Shown: positions 57,881 to 64,000 of the stretch, in pieces
Layout: each line of letters begins with the position of its first letter
How positions within the stretch are numbered: position 1 is the first letter of the stretch
DNA from: a virus
Lineage: Duplodnaviria; Caudoviricetes
Reading direction: 5' to 3' (one strand)
IMG/VR virus record: IMGVR_UViG_2897748404_000006
Span: 4,730-68,729 of that record
Length of the DNA: 64,000 nt
Position numbers and translations under genes: made by a program
Notes under the pieces: model-generated
What the model was told of the DNA's origin: nothing
Database searches by the model: none
The model's input: the letters and a program-made list of their open reading frames with translations, nothing else

Positions 57881-58675
57881 TTACACCTCCTATAACTTAT
57901 GACCGTATAGATAAACCCTAATAGAAAAACACTGTCTGGTCGTGAATGTGAGACTGTTTTTGTTTTTGTGGCGATTCCCCCGAAAAGGAAATTCGTTTTG
58001 GTTTTGCATAGGGGGGTGATTTTTCGCGGTTGTTTCGTCAGATTTTTGAGTTTTTGTTTTTCGCCAGTGTTTAGGGTTTTATCATACTAATTTCTTATTA
58101 CTCTCTTTGCTATATGTCATTTTTATTCATGCTATTTATATATAATAAAAACCTTACTATAAGATTAAGTTATAATAATAGCATTGTAAATCCCTTGTGA
58201 TTACTCACCTTGTGTAGTACTGTGTGTTGTGTTGTCCCTGTTATCGTCCCTTATATGTGTATTTCCTCATGGTCAACCCCAAATGCTGGGCGTATTTAAA
58301 AATTACTGTACCTTAGTACTGTACACTCTCTTAATTTCCCACTATAAACCAAGGATTATGTTAAAATACTCTTAATATAGGGTATATTACTACACTTGAT
58401 TATATGTGTACGTTTGTTTGTGCGTGATAAAAACACAGTCTTACACAGTCTTTATTGAAACATACAGTATGACGTTACATTGTAATCTTTGTTTATCCCT
58501 TTTTTTTTCTCCATGCGTAGTGCAACTATGTTAAGGTTTATTTATTCTTTTCAATTCTCTTTTATAATGTATAGGTTTGTTTTTCTTAAATACTTATAGT
58601 TGTGTATAAGTTCCCGTTGTAAGCGGATTCTTAAACGTAAACGCAATCTAATGGTTTTTTAAGTTCGTCAATTGC

Positions 58676-58702
58676 AGCCCTGTTTGATTACGGGGCTTTT
58701 TG
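58676..58702 (+). terminator. Rho-independent terminator
   Basis: AGCCCTGT-TTGATT-ACGGGGCT followed by TTTTGT. Confidence 0.6.
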
Positions 58703-58802
58703 TTTCTTGATAGTCTTTATTTATGGGGTATTTCGGGTATATATAAGTTTTCTTTATGTTATGTGTGTTTTGCATAAGAAATAAATATCAATAAATATTA
58801 AG

Positions 58803-58849
58803 AAAAGTTCAGTTAGTAGCTGAACTTTTAAAATAAAGTGTTATATTTG
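58803..58849 (+). promoter_or_regulatory. Early promoter with an overlapping inverted repeat
   Basis: AAAAGTTCAG...CTGAACTTTT (58803-58829) upstream of TATATTTG (58842-58849). Confidence 0.6.
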
Positions 58850-58903
58850 TACCATCAATGTGTCACAAGGGCGATTGAGTTAAATTATTAAAATTATAGT
58901 ATT

Positions 58904-59233
58904 ATGACAACTTTAAGAACATTATTAGTAGCGGTATTATTATCAACTTCATTAACTGCTAGTGCATCGACTATCGGTGACAACGACAACACATCTAAAG
59001 AGGTAGTAAACACATTAAACAACAAATTACAGGTATCAGTAAATGGTATGTTTGTGACGGTTGATTCTGTGGAAAAATATAGCGGTGTTAAGATCAAGTT
59101 ATTTGTTGCTGATACGATGGAGCATATTACTACTAAGAAAAGTTCAAACGAATTTGATTTCACGCAGTTAGGCGCGGGTGTTTACACTTTTGAGGTTGAA
59201 GGGTTCGCACCTACTACTATCGAGGTAAAGTAA
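58904..59233 (+). CDS. Small secreted protein resembling a stand-alone T9SS C-terminal domain
   Basis: Signal peptide (..SLTASA) plus ~85 aa ending FDFTQLGAGVYTFEVEG...TIEVK. Confidence 0.6.
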   Translation: MTTLRTLLVAVLLSTSLTASASTIGDNDNTSKEVVNTLNNKLQVSVNGMFVTVDSVEKYSGVKIKLFVADTMEHITTKKSSNEFDFTQLGAGVYTFEVEGFAPTTIEVK

Positions 59234-59235
59234 AA

Positions 59236-59289
59236 GTTTAACTGATGAGGCTTTAATAGCCGAAACACTCTTAATTGAGTGTCTTAAAC
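59236..59289 (+). ncRNA. Hammerhead ribozyme (type I topology)
   Basis: Stem I GTTTAA/TTAAAC, core CTGATGA, stem II GGCT/AGCC, GAA, stem III ACACTC/GAGTGT, cleavage triplet GTC (C at 59283). Confidence 0.9.
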
Positions 59290-59376
59290 AGAGTTCATTG
59301 ACATAGTGTAATTATTATAAGCTTCTTAGGGGTTCGTCCTTTATAAGAATAAAAGAAAGTTACACTTTTGATAAAA

Positions 59377-59448
59377 TTACGGGAATGGTAAAACAACGAA
59401 AGAGATGATTATAGTAAATTGTTTAAAGGTTCGATTCCTTGCCCGTGA
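59377..59448 (+). other. Degenerate tRNA-like element
   Basis: TTACGGG/CCCGTGA acceptor-like stem, AAGG-TTCGATT-CCTT T-arm, AAACAA/TTGTTT stem; no proper D or anticodon arm. Confidence 0.45.
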
Positions 59449-59464
59449 CTAACACCCCAAATTA

Positions 59465-59587
59465 ATGACATTATCTATAGTATGTATTGTTCTTTTATTG
59501 CTTTGGGTACTTATTGAGCTTATTAGATTAATAAGGGCTTACAAACGATATAACAGGACTAAAAAGAGAGATAACAACAACCGTTAA
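59465..59587 (+). CDS. Small single-TM protein (40 aa)
   Basis: Hand translation MTLSIVCIVLLLLWVLIELIRLIRAYKRYNRTKKRDNNNR. Confidence 0.45.
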   Translation: MTLSIVCIVLLLLWVLIELIRLIRAYKRYNRTKKRDNNNR

Positions 59588-59635
59588 TGTGCTACGGTTT
59601 TCAAAGCACAGTTAAATTATTAAAATTATAAGTAT

Positions 59636-59983
59636 ATGAGAAATTTATTAGTAGTAGCGGTATTATTTATTACTTCATTAGCAACCGCACAATTTGATCC
59701 TAATACGGGAACTAACACGGGTGAAGTTTTCACGGTTGATAGTGTTAGTCGTGAGGTATGGCAAACTTCGAAGGGTACAAAGTATTTGTTTTGCATAAAT
59801 CCAGAGAATAACAATCCTTATGCGGTTTGGTTATTTACTGCCACTAATGAGAAGGACGAAGACGGGCGATTGAAGTACATAAGTAAGAAGGGTTCAAAGT
59901 GTGTTTATAAGATTGGCAAGTCTGGTAATCCTTACCCAAATTGGGATAAGAAGGAGAAAAAGAAAGTAATTGCAAACAACTAA
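59636..59983 (+). CDS. Small secreted protein
   Basis: Signal peptide MRNLLVVAVLFITSLATAQ. Confidence 0.7.
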   Translation: MRNLLVVAVLFITSLATAQFDPNTGTNTGEVFTVDSVSREVWQTSKGTKYLFCINPENNNPYAVWLFTATNEKDEDGRLKYISKKGSKCVYKIGKSGNPYPNWDKKEKKKVIANN

Positions 59984-59988
59984 TTATT

Positions 59989-60210
59989 ATGAGTACTACA
60001 AATTTAGATTACTTATTTATCGATCAAATAACAAATTTTGCACATTTGGTTACGATAGAGCCACAGACAAAGACACAATTTTTAGAAGTCATTAAAAAAA
60101 CGTATTGTCTTACTAATCCAAAAACGGAGTTGTTTTATTCATCAACGGAAAGATCCGTTTTTAATACAATAAGACTAGATAATAAAAGAGAGTCTATTTT
60201 ATTTGACTAA
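59989..60210 (+). CDS. Hypothetical protein
   Basis: ORF track. Confidence 0.55.
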   Translation: MSTTNLDYLFIDQITNFAHLVTIEPQTKTQFLEVIKKTYCLTNPKTELFYSSTERSVFNTIRLDNKRESILFD

Positions 60211-60289
60211 ACAAAACTAACTAGGTTAACGGTTGTTATCGGGGGTTCGATTCCCCCGAACCATCTAAATATAAACTAAAACAAATACT

Positions 60290-60481
60290 ATGAAAGTAGA
60301 AAACATAAAGCATGGTGAAATGGTTGCCAGAGTTAAAAAAGACGGCAAGCGAATGAGTAAGACATTTATTCGTGGTGAGTATAACAGGAGCGAAAAATGT
60401 TACGAGTTACAGAACTACGACGACATTAACGACTATGTTTATGTAAAAAAAGGCACTGAATTAATGTTAGTTGATTATTAA
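60290..60481 (+). CDS. Hypothetical phage protein
   Basis: ORF track; RGEYNRSEK.YEL..YDDIN motif. Confidence 0.65.
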   Translation: MKVENIKHGEMVARVKKDGKRMSKTFIRGEYNRSEKCYELQNYDDINDYVYVKKGTELMLVDY

Positions 60482-60496
60482 ACAAAAAATAAGATT

Positions 60497-60706
60497 ATGA
60501 GTAAATGGTTTTACCCTGCGCAAAAGGAGATTAGCAAAGAAATAAACAAAAACAGTCGTTTTGTTAATCAAGTTATCGCTAAAAATGATGTATTTGAAAA
60601 GTACATTATTCAAGAAAATAACGAAATGTATTGTATGCTTTACCAGATCAAAAAAGATGAATACAACGAAAAAGGATATAAAATATTAAGATTTAGAGGG
60701 TTATAA
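60497..60706 (+). CDS. Hypothetical protein
   Basis: ORF track. Confidence 0.55.
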   Translation: MSKWFYPAQKEISKEINKNSRFVNQVIAKNDVFEKYIIQENNEMYCMLYQIKKDEYNEKGYKILRFRGL

Positions 60707-60836
60707 CCCCAAATTAAGAGCATATTTAAAAATTTCTGTACATATGTACGGAATACGGGCAACATAAACCACTAAAAAACAACCTGTTAACTACGCACAG
60801 GACAAAAGCGTATTACATTATTAAAATTATATTATT

Positions 60837-61397
60837 ATGAAATTAGAAGAGACACCAAGAGTATTTTTAACAGATTATGCCAGTTATAACGAAGGAACAC
60901 AATTTGAGTTTGGGCACTGGGTTGATTTAGACGATTACAGCGACGAAACGGAGTTAATGGAATACATATCTAACCATTTCGATGAATGCGACGAGAAACG
61001 CCCTTTATTATGCGGTAGTGAGCGTGAAGAAATAATGATAACAGATTATGAAGGTTTTCCAAAGGAATTATATAGCGAATCAGGCGGTAATTTTGAACAA
61101 ATCTATGAGTTTATTAATTTAAGTGACGATCAAAAAATTGCGGTTGCCTTTATGATAGAGCAAAATTGTGATTTAGAGTATGCAATCGATCATTGTGAGG
61201 ATGTTTATTTAAGGGAGTTTGACCGACACGGAAACGATAAAATAGAATTGTTTGCGGAATATTACCCAGAAGCAGACAAAGCCGACGACGATCATACATA
61301 CTTAAGAATTGATTATGATTCATTTCTTGAGAATGAATTTACAGAATTTGAGTACGAAGGAACAAACTACATAATTCATGATTCTTGGAATCACTAA
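60837..61397 (+). CDS. ardA: ArdA-like antirestriction protein (DNA mimic)
   Basis: Very acidic; VFLTDYASYNEG...G.WVDL, EE.MITDYEGFP and C-terminal IDYD.F motifs. Confidence 0.85.
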   Translation: MKLEETPRVFLTDYASYNEGTQFEFGHWVDLDDYSDETELMEYISNHFDECDEKRPLLCGSEREEIMITDYEGFPKELYSESGGNFEQIYEFINLSDDQKIAVAFMIEQNCDLEYAIDHCEDVYLREFDRHGNDKIELFAEYYPEADKADDDHTYLRIDYDSFLENEFTEFEYEGTNYIIHDSWNH

Positions 61398-61407
61398 AAT
61401 TTGAAAT

Positions 61408-61584
61408 ATGCATCAAATATTCACTAAAAAACAAGAATACACCAGAACCTTAGAACTTTTTGAAGAAATCTATAAAAACAAAGGGTTGTATTATGCTATT
61501 GCTTTTTTATATGATAGTGGTTATCAAAACAAGCATTTAGGCGAAATGATGAAATTAATAGAACCTAAAAAACGGGAACTATGA
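61408..61584 (+). CDS. Small hypothetical protein (58 aa)
   Basis: Hand translation MHQIFTKKQEYTRTLELFEEIYKNKGLYYAIAFLYDSGY...; coupled to the next ORF. Confidence 0.5.
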   Translation: MHQIFTKKQEYTRTLELFEEIYKNKGLYYAIAFLYDSGYQNKHLGEMMKLIEPKKREL

Positions 61585-61946
61585 CACATTTAATATATTC
61601 AGATCATAACGTCTTTGTTGATGATTTTGAAGAAGGAGAAAAAGACCACGTTAATTTTTACGAAAATAACGCACAAGTAAAAGCCGAAAATTTGCTACAG
61701 GCTATTGAATTGTATATAACTGAAAAATTATATTATACCTTCAAAAAAGAGTATTTATATCTTGACGAAGGAACGCACGTAATCCATTATGATGTTCTGG
61801 TAGACAATGACCAACAAGAGTTAACAGAAATAGAGCGTAAACAATGGGAGAAGGGAGAAATTACAGCCTATGCAAACAGGTTTGAAATGCAGGTTTACGA
61901 AATTAATAAAGTAGAATTAAAAGACGTTAAACTATGGAATCATTAG
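61581..61946 (+). CDS. Acidic hypothetical early protein
   Basis: ORF track. Confidence 0.65.
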   Translation: MTHLIYSDHNVFVDDFEEGEKDHVNFYENNAQVKAENLLQAIELYITEKLYYTFKKEYLYLDEGTHVIHYDVLVDNDQQELTEIERKQWEKGEITAYANRFEMQVYEINKVELKDVKLWNH

Positions 61947-62040
61947 AAGAATTATTTTATATGGCAATCGGGGTGTTAATCCTCGGTTGCCTACAATGGA
62001 CATTTACCTATTTTAAAAACAAAAGGAAAAAGTAAAAATT

Positions 62041-62397
62041 ATGACACCAGAAGACAAGAAATTTTTTAAACAGCAAGCCACAAAAAAGGCTATCGAGTAT
62101 TGCAAGACATTAGGTAATAGAAACGAAGCATATAAAACGTCTAGAATGCACATAAAATTCAGTACACATCTTACTGTATCAGAAATAGTAGAAATAGCAG
62201 AAAACGACTCTAAAAGGGTGTTAAACGAAGCTAAAGCGTATTGGTCAGAATTAGGAGATGTTCCCGTAAATGAAAACGACGAAATAGACGAGGATTTTAA
62301 AGATTTTCCGAAAGGCACAGATAAATTTGAAATCTGGCATTACGTTGAGGAACATTTTAACGTTAGTATTGTCGAGGACTTAATGTATGACAAGTAA
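62041..62397 (+). CDS. Hypothetical early protein
   Basis: ORF track; W..LGDVPV..D.EIDE.F..FP.GT..FEIWH..EE.FN.S motif familiar from phages. Confidence 0.7.
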   Translation: MTPEDKKFFKQQATKKAIEYCKTLGNRNEAYKTSRMHIKFSTHLTVSEIVEIAENDSKRVLNEAKAYWSELGDVPVNENDEIDEDFKDFPKGTDKFEIWHYVEEHFNVSIVEDLMYDK

Positions 62398-62409
62398 CAA
62401 AAGGAAAAA

Positions 62410-62670
62410 GTGAAAATTATGACACCGTATTACAAAATATTCGTCTATAAAAAAGAAGCACACCAAGACGATAAAAATAATCCATCATATAAAACCCTTT
62501 TTTCTACAGAAAAACAACCTGTTAAATTTAAAACCGAAATAAGAGAACCTTTTAAAGAACTCAAAGAAAAGTTTCCCGAACCGGATTATCTGGTAGAAGC
62601 ATTTATCTGTAAAGTTGATCTTATAACGGTTAATAACGAGGATGATTTGTTAAAAAAGGAATTAGTTTAA
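62410..62670 (+). CDS. Hypothetical protein
   Basis: ORF track. Confidence 0.55.
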   Translation: MKIMTPYYKIFVYKKEAHQDDKNNPSYKTLFSTEKQPVKFKTEIREPFKELKEKFPEPDYLVEAFICKVDLITVNNEDDLLKKELV

Positions 62671-62702
62671 CAACAAAAGAATAATACACAGCTTACAGGC
62701 TT

Positions 62703-62930
62703 TTGCTTGTATGGGTGAAAAAATCAAAAAGAATGAAAACATTATTAAAGTATTTAACAGAATTAACGGAACTTCAATTTAGAAATATTACGGGAGAAAC
62801 AGATCCTAAGTTATACGATAATTTTACACGGGAAATTAACAAATACGGGTTACTTCCTTTTGATGGATTAAGTTATACGACACAACAATTATTAATAGCG
62901 CACTACTATATAACCAATAAAAATGTTTAA
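62703..62930 (+). CDS. Hypothetical protein (start likely at 62733)
   Basis: ORF track. Confidence 0.5.
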   Translation: MLVWVKKSKRMKTLLKYLTELTELQFRNITGETDPKLYDNFTREINKYGLLPFDGLSYTTQQLLIAHYYITNKNV

Positions 62931-63192
62931 ATACCTCAAAAAACACCTACTAAACTAAGAAGGCAAATTTTAATACATACCCCTATGAAAAAGAGAATAT
63001 CATCTTACGAAAAACCGTTCGTCGACAAAACAATAATTGTTAACGAAAAAGAAAAAAATATTTCAAAAACGTGTAATGTAATTAACGAGAATATTTACAC
63101 TTTGAGATATATTTAACAAAAAACCCTTTAAAATCAAGTTAATATTGGGAAATTAATTTGATTTCGAGAAGTTTAAGAAAGTTTTTTTAAGG

Positions 63193-63540
63193 GTGTTTTT
63201 CTTTCAGTTTATTTATACACAACAAAAAAAAACAATGGAACTTGAAAGTAGACTAAAAAAAAATCCAAATCTAGGCTATGTCTTTACAACTATTATAAGA
63301 GACAAACAAGGCTATGATTGGAAAGTAGTAACATCTAAAGTCGTTGGACAAAAAGGTATTATTTGTAGAATTACTAAGGGAAAACAAAGGGAAGAACGTT
63401 TTATCCCAGAAAAAGGAACAACAGACATTATCCTTATTAAAGAGGATATAAAAAGCACAAAAGAAGACGTTAGCCGTATTCATTGTCAAACGCTTATTCT
63501 TGATTTGCTTGAATCTCCTAACAAACCATTACCGCATTAA
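63193..63540 (+). CDS. Hypothetical protein (start likely at 63235)
   Basis: ORF track. Confidence 0.55.
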   Translation: MFFFQFIYTQQKKTMELESRLKKNPNLGYVFTTIIRDKQGYDWKVVTSKVVGQKGIICRITKGKQREERFIPEKGTTDIILIKEDIKSTKEDVSRIHCQTLILDLLESPNKPLPH

Positions 63541-63577
63541 CTAGCATTAATTTATTAAACCTTAAAAATTCAAGAAC

Positions 63578-64000
63578 ATGAAAACCATTTTAAAAGTATT
63601 TATTGTTGCTTTTATAGCAACCTCATGCAGTTCTGACGACGACACAGGCACAGCATTTGAATTATCAAAAGCGAATTTAACCGGAACATGGACACAAACA
63701 AAGGTGACGGGTTCTAATGGAATTGAAAACCCTGTCAGTTGTGACGGAACAACAGCAACATTGCGGTTTTTTGAACAAGGTAATGCAATAGGGCAAGTTG
63801 TAGACCCTTCCACGCCTTGCTCTATTAACGAAATTGATTTTAAAAGCTATTCTATAGATGCAAACTCAATAACCTTGCTAGGCGCAGAACCTCCAACCGA
63901 TCCGGAAAGAGTCAAATTCAATGTTTTAGAATTTTCTGCAAACAATTTAGTTATTGAAGGGGTAGAAAACGACGATACAACGCAAACGTATTCGCGTTAA
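63578..64000 (+). CDS. Lipocalin-like lipoprotein
   Basis: Lipobox ATSC, LTGTW motif, beta-barrel pattern ending TYSR. Confidence 0.75.
   Translation: MKTILKVFIVAFIATSCSSDDDTGTAFELSKANLTGTWTQTKVTGSNGIENPVSCDGTTATLRFFEQGNAIGQVVDPSTPCSINEIDFKSYSIDANSITLLGAEPPTDPERVKFNVLEFSANNLVIEGVENDDTTQTYSR

Noticed and set aside
61963-61991. Strong hairpin GGCAATCGGGG-TGTTAAT-CCTCGGTTGCC as a terminator
   Set aside because: No U-tract follows; it may be a processing or stability stem, but the evidence is too thin to call.
1139-63813. Many short antisense ORFs in the track (e.g. 1139-1432, 23062-23538, 37103-37570, 39970-40473, 41364-41927, 52613-52810)
   Set aside because: They lie opposite well-supported genes or RNAs and have S/F/L-rich shadow composition.

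Overview
This window is most of the genome of a probably temperate, podovirus-type phage or prophage of Flavobacteriaceae/Bacteroidota. Host-type TAnnTTTG promoters, T9SS-type C-terminal domains and lipoproteins point to that host. From left to right it holds: (i) a leftward replication/recombination operon (iteron-containing replication initiator cut by the window edge, SSB, RecT, excisionase-like HTH) preceded by a small repeat-spacer array; (ii) a leftward virion module with crAss-like/Cellulophaga-podovirus gene order (ejection proteins, tail stabilisation/ring proteins, major capsid, scaffold, portal, terminase, tail fibres); (iii) a ~9 kb mostly rightward block between scaffold and portal, carrying a lipopeptide + membrane protein + CI-like repressor switch and a T9SS-linked toxin/immunity cassette; (iv) GroES, RusA and winged-helix genes; (v) rightward small-ORF regions rich in structured RNA. 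These RNAs include a circularly permuted (YrlA-like) tRNA mimic with hexamer repeats directly behind a 268-aa gene, an aberrant tRNA-like gene, a complete hammerhead ribozyme and isolated T-arm hairpins. I recognised no integrase, endolysin, Cas, Ro60 or virion RNA polymerase. The best candidates for an undescribed system are the 268-aa protein with its permuted-tRNA ncRNA, the peptide/receptor/repressor module, and the 23-bp repeat mini-array. All protein calls come from motif recognition and synteny by eye; no searches were run.
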